Source: an uncultured Candidatus Rokubacteria bacterium (GTDB lineage Bacteria; Methylomirabilota; Methylomirabilia; Rokubacteriales; CSP1-6). From it: a stretch of DNA of 64,000 nt. A program made the position numbers and the translations under genes. The notes beneath the pieces were generated by a model. The model searched no databases. It was not told where the DNA came from and saw only the letters and a program-made list of their open reading frames with translations. The stretch covers positions 448,001-512,000 of the forward strand of contig CAVYTA010000007.1 in NCBI GenBank assembly GCA_963771355.1. Direction: 5' to 3'. The first letter of the stretch is position 1. Every line of letters starts with the position of its first letter. Positions 18,118 through 28,376 of this stretch are shown in pieces.

Positions 18118-19221
18118 TCAATTGGCGGGAATGGTGAGCACCGCCCCCGGGGCCTTTTCGCCGGTGTCCGCCAACGTCATGAGGATCAGGAGGAACGTGA
18201 ACACCCCCTTGGACTTCAGGTCACGGTTCTCGATCCAGTACCAGAGATCGCCATAACGGACCGCGGCGAAAGAGGCCTCCGGCCGGGATGGACCGCTCGC
18301 AATGCGAATGATGGGCGCCAGAGCGTCATCGCCGTCCGCGGGGCGCGGGGGCGCCGGAAAGGCGAGGCCATCGCGCACATGGTCTGCGGGGACGTCGACG
18401 AACGCCGACAGCTCGAGGAGTATCCCCATCCCCGAGCGAGTCTGCATGGCAATCACGTCGTCGCGGCCTGTCCACGGTCCGAAAACAACCCGGAACTCGG
18501 ACTTTTCGTGGCTCAGCCCCAGGAGCGTCCTGACCACCTCCCGATCGGCTTGAATGTCCGGCGGAACGTCCTTCCCGGGGAAGGTCATGACAATTCCTTC
18601 GCGCTTGGTCTCCTTGTCCGCCTCGGCGCGGAATCCCACGGTGCCGGACTCCTGGATCCGCCAGAGGGCCCTGACCAGCCGTAGAAAGTCCGGGTCCGGT
18701 GGCCTCCCCCGTCCTCCGGCCCTGCCGTTCGAGAGCCCGTTGACGGTCTGCAGCGTGACGGGGAGCAAGATATCCGCTCGGTAGCCCGCCTGGAGCAACT
18801 CCATCAGTCGGATGGGCGGAATCGGAGTCATCATGGTCCGGATGAAGCCGGGCCCGGTAAGGGGCACATAGGTAACCGTGGGCCGGTCGGTGTACTGGCC
18901 CTGGGCGCCCAGGCCAATGCTGCTGTTGGGAACACCCGGGACGACGGTGGTGGTATTGAAGACGCTGCCCGCGGCCGAGAACGAGCTTTGCAGCTGGTAG
19001 CTGCTGACGATCTGCCCCACATCCACGAAGATCGGCGTGTCGGCGTAGCGCAGCTTGACGATGTTGAGGAGCATCTGCTGCTTCCAGGAGTTGGCCACCG
19101 CCGAGGTGTAGTCGAGCCGGTCACGGTCAAGCGTGGCCGCACCGTAGCTCGCGCAGCCGGAGAGGCAGGCCGCGCCCACCAGGACACCGATCCGCGCGGC
19201 AAGGGCACCACCGTTGGGCAT
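18118..19221 (-). CDS. Hypothetical lipoprotein
   Basis: Lipobox [35 protein letters not shown]. Confidence 0.75.
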   Translation of the reverse strand: MPNGGALAARIGVLVGAACLSGCASYGAATLDRDRLDYTSAVANSWKQQMLLNIVKLRYADTPIFVDVGQIVSSYQLQSSFSAAGSVFNTTTVVPGVPNSSIGLGAQGQYTDRPTVTYVPLTGPGFIRTMMTPIPPIRLMELLQAGYRADILLPVTLQTVNGLSNGRAGGRGRPPDPDFLRLVRALWRIQESGTVGFRAEADKETKREGIVMTFPGKDVPPDIQADREVVRTLLGLSHEKSEFRVVFGPWTGRDDVIAMQTRSGMGILLELSAFVDVPADHVRDGLAFPAPPRPADGDDALAPIIRIASGPSRPEASFAAVRYGDLWYWIENRDLKSKGVFTFLLILMTLADTGEKAPGAVLTIPAN

Positions 19222-19297
19222 CGGATCGGAACGTACCGCTCAAGTCGCAGGTCACCTATACGACCAAAGTCCTAGTTGGCCGGTCCCCACGAATCAC

Positions 19298-19511
19298 CTA
19301 TTGCCTCGGAGTCCGCGGGAGCGACGGCCTGCCTCGGGACATCCATCTCGGTAGGATGAGCGGTTTCGACCTTCAGCAACACCTGGCCACCGCCGGCGTC
19401 CCGCCCACGACGATTCAGTCACGCGCGAGCGCGCCCGATCGGGCTTGGCCTACCTAGGGAAGCCTTTCCGCGAAGGCGCGCTCCTCGGCGCTATCCAGTG
19501 GGCGCTAGAGG
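19298..19511 (+). pseudogene. Degraded single-domain response regulator (REC)
   Basis: Fragments across frames: ATACL, DIHLGRMSGFDLQQHLATAGVP, AHDDSVTRERA, AYLGKPFREGALLGAIQWALE. Confidence 0.7.
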
Positions 19512-19620
19512 GCCGTCGGGCCTAGGTCCTAGGTCCTATAGAGGAGCGTTCGACCTCGCCCCTATTCTGATCGTCAGCATCAACGACCTCGAAGACCCGC
19601 TAAAAGGGGAGGGACGAGCC

Positions 19621-20100
19621 ATGACATCTCAAGTTCGAGCCGTGATATTGATTTCGGCCTTCATGGCCTGTCTGCTAGGGGGAGTGGCGGGCGCGGAGGG
19701 CGAGCCCGCGGACCTGATGGAGACTCTCCGCGAGAAGGCGCGCGCGGACGAGAAGCTGATGGTGGGGGCGGCGCTCAACCTCACGGAGGGCGAGGCCAAG
19801 ACCTTTTGGCCCGTCTACCACTCCTATCAGAGCGACATGATCACCTATTACAGCCGGGTTGCCAAGTTCCTCGGCACGTGCGCGCAGGCGTACGGGTCGA
19901 TAACCGACGAGACCGCCACCCAGCTGCTCGGCGAGTTCCTGGCGCTCGAGACAGATCACGTGGCGATTCTGAAGTCATACGCGCCGCGGTTCCGGCGCGT
20001 CCTGCCGCCCGTGAAGGTCGTGCGTCTCTACCAGATCGAGAACGAGCTGCGCACGCTCGTGAACTACGAGATCGCCCGCGAGATTCCGCTCGTCAAGTGA
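19621..20100 (+). CDS. Secreted helical hypothetical protein
   Basis: Signal peptide; LNLTEGEAKTFWPVY..RLYQIEN; GGAGG RBS. Confidence 0.75.
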   Translation: MTSQVRAVILISAFMACLLGGVAGAEGEPADLMETLREKARADEKLMVGAALNLTEGEAKTFWPVYHSYQSDMITYYSRVAKFLGTCAQAYGSITDETATQLLGEFLALETDHVAILKSYAPRFRRVLPPVKVVRLYQIENELRTLVNYEIAREIPLVK

Positions 20101-20145
20101 CCGAGGGGAACGACCGCTCGATTCGACGTGATGAGGAGAGCGATC

Positions 20146-21675
20146 ATGCGTGCCGCGACCGACAAGATTCGGCGAAGCGTTCTGAGGCGTGGGTGCGTCA
20201 TGCTGAGCCTTGCCTGCTTCTACTTCCTGTCCGGGGGCCCCGCGCTTGCCCAGCCGCAGGCTCCGCAGAAGGCGGCGGGCGGGGCCCTCACCATCGATCT
20301 CGCGGCGATGCAGAAGCCGTGGACCGGCGATCTGGACGCGATGATCGACCGGCGGACCATCCGCGTGCTGACCGTGAACAGCAAGACCTCCTATTTCCTC
20401 GACAAGGGGGTGCAGCGGGGCATCGTCGTTGACTACTTCGGGGTGTTCGAGAATGAGCTCAACAAGAAGCTTGCCGCCGAAAAGAAGCTCAAGGACAAGA
20501 ACCTGAAGGTGCGGGTGGTATTCATCCCAGTACGACGCGACCAGTTACTGCCCGGGCTTGCCGCCGGCAAGGGCGACATCGCCGCTGCCAATCTCACGAT
20601 CACGCCGGAGCGCCAGAAACTGGTGGACTTCTCCGCCGCCGGTCTGAGCAACGTCAGAGAGATCGTAGTGTCGGGGCCTGTCTCACCGAAAGTCGCCAGC
20701 CTGGACGATCTCTCCGGCAAGGCCGTCTTCGTGCGCAAGTCGTCGACTTACTACGAGAGCCTCGTTACGCTCAACAAGAAGTTTGCGGCCGAGAAGAAGC
20801 CGCCGGTCGCGCTCAAGGAAGCGCCCGAGACGCTGGAGGACGAGGATCTGCTCGAGATGCTCAACGCCGGTCTCATAGAGCTTGTCGTCGTTGACAAGCA
20901 CCTTGCGGACTTCTGGAAGCAGATATTCCCGAAGCTCACGGTGCACGACGACGTCGCGGTTCGCACCGGCGGCGAGGTCGCGTGGGCGATCCGCAAGGGC
21001 AGCCCGCAGCTCAAGGCGGCGGTGGACGATTTCGCCGCGCGCAACAAGGTCGGGACCGCGACCGGCAACCAGGTCCTGACGCGCTACCTGAAGAACGTCA
21101 AATATGTAAAGAATGCGGCCTCCGAGAAGGAGCGCAAGAAGTTCCTGGCGCTGCTCCAGTATTTCCAGAAATACGGTGAGAAGTATGATGTGGACTGGGT
21201 GCTGATGGGTGCGCAGGGCTACCAAGAGTCGCAGCTCAACCAGAGTGCAAAGAGTTCGGCGGGCGCCATCGGAGTCATGCAGGTGATGCCCGCGACCGGC
21301 AAGGAAATGAAGGTGGGCGACATCACGGAAACCGAGGCAAACATCCACGCCGGCATCAAGTACATGCGCTTCATGATCGACCAGTACTACGAGAAGGAGC
21401 CGATGACGAAGCTTGACAAGGCGCTGTTCGCCTTCGCGTCGTACAACGCGGGCCCCGCCCGCGTCCGGCAGCTCCGGCAGGAGGCCGCCAAGCGCGGGCT
21501 CGACCCCAACGTCTGGTTTCAGAACGTGGAGTATGTCGCGGCCGAAAAGGTCGGCCCCGAAACGGTGACCTACGTCAGCAACATCTACAAGTACTACATA
21601 ACGTACCGCCTGGTTCTGGAGAGTCGAGCGACCAAGAAGGAAGCGGTCGAGAAGATCAAGGCTGGCGCCAAGTAA
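20146..21675 (+). CDS. mltF: MltF-like lytic transglycosylase (solute-binding domain + SLT domain)
   Basis: GDIAAANLTITPERQ; YQES, GAIGVMQVMPAT, ASYNAGP. Start at 20146 or 20128. Confidence 0.85.
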   Translation: MRAATDKIRRSVLRRGCVMLSLACFYFLSGGPALAQPQAPQKAAGGALTIDLAAMQKPWTGDLDAMIDRRTIRVLTVNSKTSYFLDKGVQRGIVVDYFGVFENELNKKLAAEKKLKDKNLKVRVVFIPVRRDQLLPGLAAGKGDIAAANLTITPERQKLVDFSAAGLSNVREIVVSGPVSPKVASLDDLSGKAVFVRKSSTYYESLVTLNKKFAAEKKPPVALKEAPETLEDEDLLEMLNAGLIELVVVDKHLADFWKQIFPKLTVHDDVAVRTGGEVAWAIRKGSPQLKAAVDDFAARNKVGTATGNQVLTRYLKNVKYVKNAASEKERKKFLALLQYFQKYGEKYDVDWVLMGAQGYQESQLNQSAKSSAGAIGVMQVMPATGKEMKVGDITETEANIHAGIKYMRFMIDQYYEKEPMTKLDKALFAFASYNAGPARVRQLRQEAAKRGLDPNVWFQNVEYVAAEKVGPETVTYVSNIYKYYITYRLVLESRATKKEAVEKIKAGAK

Positions 21676-21760
21676 GACATGCTCCGTGTGATCAATGCGT
21701 GGAGGAGGGAATGCAACGACCTGCTCGGCTATTTAGTCCCGTTGAAGCCGCACTAGCGCC

Positions 21761-21983
21761 TCAGCGCGACGAGAAGCGCCAGCGGCGATAGCGCCAGGCT
21801 CCCCGCTCGGCGAGGCGCCCCTCCGCGATCAACGTCGCGCCCTCAGCCGCGAAGTCGAAGATCTTGACCACCCCGGCGCGCCTCGTCCACCACGGAGTCG
21901 GTCTCGGTGAGGAAGACCTCGTCGAGGAGGCCCGCGGCATGGGGTCGCCGCGCCGTCTGCAGATGCCACCGGATGCGCGCCAT
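21761..21983 (-). pseudogene. Internally deleted, frameshifted gene with a RibD-C-like motif
   Basis: ATG coupled (TGATG) to the upstream stop: MARIRWHLQ..AAGLLDEVFLTETD, then a frameshift to VVKIFDFAAEGATLIAEGRL..WRFSSR*. Confidence 0.5.
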
Positions 21984-23905
21984 CACGCCGGTCCGCCGTC
22001 CTCCTGCCGTGGCTCCACCACCGCGAACATGAGCGTGAAGTCGTCGAAGAGGCCGAAGAGCTCGGCGAGCCTGGCCGCGTCGCCATCCACCACCACCAGC
22101 CCCGCCGCCACCGCGTCGGCGACGGCGATCTCACGAAGGATGAGGCGGTTGAGGGCGGGGCGGTCGAGGGTGACGGTGAGGTCGGCGTCGGGGCCGGGCC
22201 GGCCGGCGCGGTAGGTCAGCGCGCCGTGCTCGAGAGTCAAGGCGTAGCGCTCGCCGGTGTCGGTCAGCACCCAGTTCACGGTGAGGGACTTGCCGTCGGC
22301 GCGGTCGGCGTCGAGCCGCACCGCGAGATAGTCGAAGAAGAGGTCGAGGCTCATCGACCGCACGAGGTCCGGGCTCACCGGAGCGCGGGCGGCCGGGTTG
22401 GGCCGGCCCTGCCGGAGCTCGAGCGCGCCGAGCAGATAGGCGTTGCGCCAGGTCGCCGACTCCGCCTGATAGCCGAGCTGCTCCAGCGCGTCGGCGCCGA
22501 GGGCGCGCGCATCCAGGTTTCCGGGGTCGGCGAAGACGAGGTGGCTCATCGCCTCCGCCACGAACCGGTACTCGCCGCGCCCAAAATCCTCGCGCGCCCG
22601 CGCCAGCGCGGCGACGGCCCCGCCCATGTACTCGACGTATTTCCGCGCCCGCGCCACCGGTGGCAGGGGATTGAGATTGGCGGGATTGGCGTCGTACCAG
22701 CCGAGATAGCGCTGGTACACCGCCTTCGCGTTGTGGCTCAGCGTGCCGTAGTAGCCGCGCACGTGCCAGGTGCGCGCGAGGCTCCGCGGCAGCACGAGCC
22801 GCTCCGCGATCTCGGCAGCCCGGTAGCCGTGGTTCATGAGGCGCACCGTCTGGTCATGGAGGTACTTGTAGAGGTCGCGCTGCTTGCGGAGAAAATCCTC
22901 CAGCCGCGCGCGGCCCCACACCGGCCAGTGGTGCTGGGCGAAGACCACGTCGGCGCCGGGGGCGAAGCGAGCCAGCGCCTCGTCGATGTACTTCGCCCAG
23001 GCATTGGCGTCGCGCACCTGGGCGCCGCGGATGGGATAGGTATTGTGCAGGTTGTGGGTGGCGTTCTCGGCGAGGTTCAGCGCCCGCAGCGCCGGATAGA
23101 ACATGTGCATCTCGGCGGGCGCTTCCGTGTCCGGGGTGACCTGGAACACCATCTCCACGCCGTCCAGCCGATGCGTCTCGAAGGGCTCCGTCACGGTGAC
23201 GGTGGGCGGGATCAGGGTGACGGTGCCGCGCGAGGTGCCCTTACCCAGCCCGGCATCCACCTGGCCGCGGGGGCCCTTCGGCAGCGTGGCGCCGAACTGG
23301 AACTGCGCGCGGCGGATCATGGGCGTGCCGGCGAGCACGGCCTCGGAGACCACTTCCTCCATGAAGCCGACGGGCGCGATCACCGGCACGCGGCCCGCGC
23401 GCACGTCGGCCTCGTCCACCACCCCGCGGACACCGCCATAGTGATCGGTATGGCTATGGCTGTAGATCACCGCCGTCACCGGCCGCCGGCCCCGATGCTG
23501 GGCGTACAGCTCGAGCCCGGCCCGGGCGGTCTCCGTCGAGATCAGGGGATCGACCACGATGACGCCCGTCTCGCCCTCGATGAGCGTCATGTTGGAGATG
23601 TCGAAGCCGCGGATCTGGTAGATCCGATCGGTGACCTGGAAGAGCCCGTTGGCGAGGTTGAGCCGCGCCTGCCGCCAGAGGCTCGGGTTCACCGTGGGCG
23701 GCGCGGCCTCGGCGGCGAGAAAGGCGTAGTCGGAGAGGCTCCAGACCACGCGGCCCTGCGCGTTGCGGATCTCCACCTCGGGGAGCGTGCCGAGGAATCC
23801 ACGTCCCGCGTCCTCGAAGTCCGCGCGGTCCTCGAAGGGCAGCGCCTCGAGGACCGCGCGGTGTGTCGCCAGCGTGTGGGGAGTGGCGTCCTTCGGTTCG
23901 CTCAC
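21983..23905 (-). CDS. Alkyl/aryl sulfatase (SdsA1/BDS1 family, MBL fold + dimerisation + SCP2-like domains)
   Basis: TVNPSLWRQARLN, YSHSHTDHYGG, TEAPAEM, HHWP, RGYYG. Confidence 0.93.
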   Translation of the reverse strand: MSEPKDATPHTLATHRAVLEALPFEDRADFEDAGRGFLGTLPEVEIRNAQGRVVWSLSDYAFLAAEAAPPTVNPSLWRQARLNLANGLFQVTDRIYQIRGFDISNMTLIEGETGVIVVDPLISTETARAGLELYAQHRGRRPVTAVIYSHSHTDHYGGVRGVVDEADVRAGRVPVIAPVGFMEEVVSEAVLAGTPMIRRAQFQFGATLPKGPRGQVDAGLGKGTSRGTVTLIPPTVTVTEPFETHRLDGVEMVFQVTPDTEAPAEMHMFYPALRALNLAENATHNLHNTYPIRGAQVRDANAWAKYIDEALARFAPGADVVFAQHHWPVWGRARLEDFLRKQRDLYKYLHDQTVRLMNHGYRAAEIAERLVLPRSLARTWHVRGYYGTLSHNAKAVYQRYLGWYDANPANLNPLPPVARARKYVEYMGGAVAALARAREDFGRGEYRFVAEAMSHLVFADPGNLDARALGADALEQLGYQAESATWRNAYLLGALELRQGRPNPAARAPVSPDLVRSMSLDLFFDYLAVRLDADRADGKSLTVNWVLTDTGERYALTLEHGALTYRAGRPGPDADLTVTLDRPALNRLILREIAVADAVAAGLVVVDGDAARLAELFGLFDDFTLMFAVVEPRQEDGGPA

Positions 23906-24774
23906 CCCAGCTGCTTGTGCACGAACTCGATGATCCGCGCGATGGCCTGCCGGGTGCCCTCGGAGTTCGGGTTCTTGGTGAAGAACCCCTCCGTCTCGCC
24001 CTCGTAGAGCTCGAGCTCCACCTGCCCCCCCGCCTTGCGATACGCGGCGACGAAGCGGTCGAGGTCGGGGCGGGGATGTGCGACGTCCTTGGTGCCCTGG
24101 ACGTACAGTGCCGGTGGCAGCTCCACTTGCTCGCCGCGCTCGAGCGCGAGGACGGGGTTGCCCTCCGCCATCGCCGCCTCGGTCACCCAGTACTGATCGT
24201 GGAGCGGCAGCACGCGGTCCACCACCTCGGGGTAGGGTGCGCCGCCCGCCTTGAGCTTCTTGGCGTAGTGATAGCGCGCGAGGGGATCGATGACCGGCCA
24301 GCCGAGCACCACGCAGCGGACGGTGGCCTCCTGCGGCGCGTTGCCCGCCGGCAGCGGGATCGCCGCGTAGCGTGGATCACGCGGCCGCATCGCGACCAGC
24401 ATGGCCTGATGCGAGCCGCTGGAATAGCCCATGAGCCCCACGCGGTCCGCGCGGCTCCCCAGGGATCCGGCGCGCGACTTGAACCAGCGCACCGCGTAGT
24501 TGATGTCGGCCAGCGACGCGGGGTAACCCGCCACCGGCGGCATGCGAAAGTCGAGCGCGGCCACGAGCACGCCGCTCTTCGCGAGCGCCTCGTTGACGAG
24601 ATTGTCGTTGAGCCGGTCACCACGGCACCAGGCGCCGCCGTGCAGGTCGATGACCAGCGGGAAGGGCCCAGTCCCGCGGGGCTTGAAGAGGCGCGCCAGG
24701 AGTGGCGTGTCCCCGTGGCGGAGATACTCGATGTCCTCGACGTCGATGGCGTGGGTGCCGGCGGTGGCGGTCAT
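23902..24774 (-). CDS. Alpha/beta hydrolase (HSL-like esterase)
   Basis: LHGGAW, GYSSGSH. Confidence 0.85.
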   Translation of the reverse strand: MTATAGTHAIDVEDIEYLRHGDTPLLARLFKPRGTGPFPLVIDLHGGAWCRGDRLNDNLVNEALAKSGVLVAALDFRMPPVAGYPASLADINYAVRWFKSRAGSLGSRADRVGLMGYSSGSHQAMLVAMRPRDPRYAAIPLPAGNAPQEATVRCVVLGWPVIDPLARYHYAKKLKAGGAPYPEVVDRVLPLHDQYWVTEAAMAEGNPVLALERGEQVELPPALYVQGTKDVAHPRPDLDRFVAAYRKAGGQVELELYEGETEGFFTKNPNSEGTRQAIARIIEFVHKQLG

Positions 24775-24843
24775 GGTGTTCCTCCTCGCCCGCAAGCCTG
24801 CGCCCCGCGGGTCCCGTCCGTCAAGGGGGGCGGGGCTGTCCCC

Positions 24844-26421
24844 TCAGCGGGTCCGGTCGCGATCGATGAGCAGGCGCCGCAGGATCTTGCCCGAGGCCGA
24901 CTTCGGGATCTGGTCGATGAATTCCAGGAGCCGGACGCGCTTGTGCGGCGCCACGCGCCCGGCCACCCACGCCATGATGGCGTCGGCCGGCGTGGCCTTG
25001 GCCGCCTCGTCCCCCTTGAGCACGATGAAAGCCTTCGGCACTTCCCCCGCCTCCTCGTCCGGGTGGCGCACCACCGCGACGTCGAGCACCGCGGGATGCG
25101 TGATGAGGAGCGCCTCCAGCTCGGCGGGAGCCACCTGCATGCCCTTGTACTTGATGAGCTCCTTGGTCCGATCGACGATGTAGAAGTAGCCCTCGGGATC
25201 CACCAGCCCCACGTCGCCGGTGTGGTACCAGCCCTCGCGATCGAGACAGGCCGCCGTCTCCTCCGGCTGATTGAGATAACCCCGCATGATCTGCGGGCCG
25301 CGTATCCACAGCTCACCTTCCTTGCCCGCGGGCACGTCTTCGCCCGTGACCACGTCGGCGATCTTCACCTCCGTGTTCGGCACGATGCAGCCGACGGATC
25401 CGGGCTTCATCGGCGCGTTACGGGTGGGGCTCAGGTGCGTCACCGGGCTGGCCTCCGTCATGCCATAGCCCTGCGTCACCGGGCAGCCCAGCTTCCGGCT
25501 GAGCTCGCGCGCCATCTCCTCGCCCAGCGGCGCCGCGCCCGAGAAGACGAGCCGGACGCTCGAGAGGTCGAACTGCGCCACCATGGGGTGCTTGACCAGG
25601 CCGAGCACGATGGGCGGCACGAGGGGGAGAATGGTGATCTTGTGCTTCTGGACGAGCCCGAGGAATTCCGCGAGGTCGAAGCGCGGCATGGACACGATGG
25701 TCCCGCCGCCGGCCAGCCCCAGCATCATGATCACCACCATCCCGTAGATGTGGAAGAAGGGCAGCACCGCGACGACGACGTCGCGCTCGCCGAAGGCCTC
25801 GAAGTTCTTCATGCCTTCGCACTGGCAGAGATTCGCCACCAGGTTCCGGTGGGTGAGCATGACGCCCTTGGGCAGGCCGGTGGTGCCGCTCGAGTAGGGG
25901 AGCACGACGAGGTCGTTCGCCGGATCGAGGGCAACCGTGGGCGGATCACCGCCGCCCTGGAGCAGCTCGGCGAAAGGTCGGGCGCCCTCGGCGGCGCCGA
26001 ACACGAACACGGCCTCCACGCCGCTCTTCCGCGCCGCCTCCTGCGCCTTGTCGAGGAAGGGCGGGACCGTCACCAGGAACCGCGCTCGGGAGTCCACGAG
26101 CTGCTTGGCGAGCTCGTCGGCGGTGTAGAGCGGGTTCACCGTGGTGTTGATCCCACCCACCGACGCGACCGCCAGGAAGATCACCGCATACTCGGGCAGG
26201 TTCGGGCTATAGATCGCGAACACATCACCCTTGCGGAAGCCGAGGCGGCTCAAGCCTGCGGCGGTCCGGCGCACGCCCTCCGCGAGCTGGCCATAGGTGA
26301 GGGTGCGCCCGGTGGGGCCGTCGATGAGAGCGGGCTTGTCGCCGAGGCGAGCCGCGTGCCGCAGCACGTAGTCCGTGATCGACACATCGGGGATGGACAC
26401 CTGGGGACTGGTCGAGAGCAT
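24844..26421 (-). CDS. 4-coumarate-CoA ligase-like acyl-CoA synthetase
   Basis: LPYSSGTTGLPKGV, QGYGMTE, HTGD, IPKSASGKILRR. Confidence 0.92.
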   Translation of the reverse strand: MLSTSPQVSIPDVSITDYVLRHAARLGDKPALIDGPTGRTLTYGQLAEGVRRTAAGLSRLGFRKGDVFAIYSPNLPEYAVIFLAVASVGGINTTVNPLYTADELAKQLVDSRARFLVTVPPFLDKAQEAARKSGVEAVFVFGAAEGARPFAELLQGGGDPPTVALDPANDLVVLPYSSGTTGLPKGVMLTHRNLVANLCQCEGMKNFEAFGERDVVVAVLPFFHIYGMVVIMMLGLAGGGTIVSMPRFDLAEFLGLVQKHKITILPLVPPIVLGLVKHPMVAQFDLSSVRLVFSGAAPLGEEMARELSRKLGCPVTQGYGMTEASPVTHLSPTRNAPMKPGSVGCIVPNTEVKIADVVTGEDVPAGKEGELWIRGPQIMRGYLNQPEETAACLDREGWYHTGDVGLVDPEGYFYIVDRTKELIKYKGMQVAPAELEALLITHPAVLDVAVVRHPDEEAGEVPKAFIVLKGDEAAKATPADAIMAWVAGRVAPHKRVRLLEFIDQIPKSASGKILRRLLIDRDRTR

Positions 26422-26438
26422 GCGGGCCTCCGTGGCGG

Positions 26439-27215
26439 TCAGACGCCGATCAAGGACAGACGGGCGCCCATGGTTTTCTTCGCGTCGAGCGGCCCGGCCT
26501 TGCCCGATCGTGCGGTGAGGGTGGCGTCATGGGGTGAGGCGCCGCGCTGGCCCAGCCATTGCGCGACGGCGCCGTCCGGCCGCGCGGGCGCGAGGAACTC
26601 GAGCGCGTGCGGGCCGGCCATGAACCGCGTGCCGGCGCTGCCCGTCTCCGGGCTCGTGATCGCGGTGCCCGATTGTCCGGTGGCCTTGGTGTACCAGCGG
26701 GACACCGTGGCGAGATCCTCGGTGGCGATGCGCACCGCGCCGATGCCGGTGACGCCGTTGGGGTGCGTCTGCTCGCGGGGCACCCGCTCCTCGCGCGGCG
26801 TCTCGTCATTGATGAGGAAGGGTCCCACGCCGCGATGCGGCCCGCGCGCGAGCGAGAACACCCAGCGGAGCTGGTACCCGTCCGGGCGGACGCGCGACTG
26901 CGAGACCGGGTCGGCGATGTCGACGCCGGCGTCGCGAAAGGCGCGCGTGTCGCCCATGAGGTCGTCGGTCTGGAGGCAATAGTCCACCAGCCCGCCCCCA
27001 CGCTGCAGCGCGGCCCACCACCGATGGTCGGGATTGTCGCGGTAGAACCCGATCAGCTCGAGGTACGAGCCGTCGGCGAAGGCGATGAGCGTGTTGTAGG
27101 TCCCCACCGGGTGCCGCCCGCCCGGCACCACGGTGAAGCCGAGCTCCCCGTAGGCCCGCGTGGCGGCCTCGAGATCCTTCACCGCGATGACGAGATGATC
27201 GATGCCGGTGATCAT
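26439..27215 (-). CDS. VOC / glyoxalase-like family protein
   Basis: IDHLVIAVKDL..GFTVVPGGRH..GTYNTLI..YLELI; ATGA overlap with the upstream gene. Confidence 0.88.
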   Translation of the reverse strand: MITGIDHLVIAVKDLEAATRAYGELGFTVVPGGRHPVGTYNTLIAFADGSYLELIGFYRDNPDHRWWAALQRGGGLVDYCLQTDDLMGDTRAFRDAGVDIADPVSQSRVRPDGYQLRWVFSLARGPHRGVGPFLINDETPREERVPREQTHPNGVTGIGAVRIATEDLATVSRWYTKATGQSGTAITSPETGSAGTRFMAGPHALEFLAPARPDGAVAQWLGQRGASPHDATLTARSGKAGPLDAKKTMGARLSLIGV

Positions 27216-28231
27216 GCGCGGGCTCCCGGGAGGAAGGCGGGGGCGACCTCGGTGAGGAAGCGCTTGAGCTGCCCGGCCTGATCCCAGGAGGTCAGGCGGA
27301 GGGCGATGTGACCGAGGCCCGCGTCGAGATACGCCCGGAGCTGCGTCACGCACTGAGCGGGACTGCCGGCGACGGTCCAGCCCTCGACGAAGCCGGGGGT
27401 GAACTTGCTGGTGTAGTACGTGTCGAGGAAGGCCTTGCTCTCCTCCAGCGCGGCCTGGCGGTCCTCGTTGACGTTGATGTTGTGGTAGAGCGAGCTCGAG
27501 AGGAGCCCCGGGTCCCGTCCCTCCTCGCGCGCCATGGCGGTGATGCGCGCCCACTGCTGGCGGAACTGGTCCGGGCTCACCTTGTTGGTCATCCAGCCGT
27601 CGGCATAGCGCGCCACCCGGCGGAAGCTCCGCTCCACCACGGAATCCGCCGCGCTGGCACCGCCCTTCCAGGTGAGGCCGGTGGGATTGCTGGCGATCCA
27701 GATGGGGCAGGGGCTCTGCGCGGGCGCGGGCTCGACCGTGACACCGTCGAATTGATAGAAACGGCCCGCGTGCGAGACCTTCTTGCCGCCGAAGACTTTC
27801 CGCAGGATTTCGATGCCCTCCTCGAGGCGCGCCACCCGCTCCGAGGCCTGGATCCCCATGACCCGATGCTCGAGGGCCTGCGCGGGGCTCTGCTCGTCGG
27901 GGCCTCCGAGGCAGACGGCGAGGAGCGAGCGGCCCCCCGAGATCACGTCGAGGCTCGCCCACTGCTGAGCGAACAGCAGCGGATGGCGATGGACGAAGGT
28001 GGCGAGGCACCCGACGCCGAGCCGAACCCGCGAGGTGACGGCGGCCAGCGCCGAGAGCAGGCTCACCGCCTCGAGCCGCGGCTTGGCCAGGAGGCTGTCG
28101 CCCACCCAGACCGTGTCGAAGGCGCCGGAGGCCTCCGCCCGCTCGGTGATGTCGAGGAGATCGCGGGCCTTTAGCGCCCCCAGGACGACGGCGCGATTGG
28201 CGAGGGTCAGTCCGAACGACGCCTGAGTCAT
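27212..28231 (-). CDS. LLM-class flavin-dependent oxidoreductase
   Basis: FDTVWVGDSLLAKPRLE, WASLDVISGGR. Confidence 0.88.
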   Translation of the reverse strand: MTQASFGLTLANRAVVLGALKARDLLDITERAEASGAFDTVWVGDSLLAKPRLEAVSLLSALAAVTSRVRLGVGCLATFVHRHPLLFAQQWASLDVISGGRSLLAVCLGGPDEQSPAQALEHRVMGIQASERVARLEEGIEILRKVFGGKKVSHAGRFYQFDGVTVEPAPAQSPCPIWIASNPTGLTWKGGASAADSVVERSFRRVARYADGWMTNKVSPDQFRQQWARITAMAREEGRDPGLLSSSLYHNINVNEDRQAALEESKAFLDTYYTSKFTPGFVEGWTVAGSPAQCVTQLRAYLDAGLGHIALRLTSWDQAGQLKRFLTEVAPAFLPGARA

Positions 28232-28376
28232 GTTGGCCTCCGGGAATGCGGGTGGCGGGGCCGCCGCCGGCCGGGCCGGCCCCGACAGGCGACCACATCC
28301 GGTGCCCCCGCGTCAACCGCCCGGCCCCGTCGTTCGTCAGTATGAGTAGAAGCAAGTCAAGACAGGAGGAGCGACG

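Noticed and set aside
23863..26982. 1039-aa plus-strand ORF, and similar long ORFs such as 39005-42193(-), 14022-16427(+) and 53224-55473(-)
   Set aside because: Antisense shadows of well-supported genes, caused by stop-codon scarcity at high GC; no recognisable motifs.
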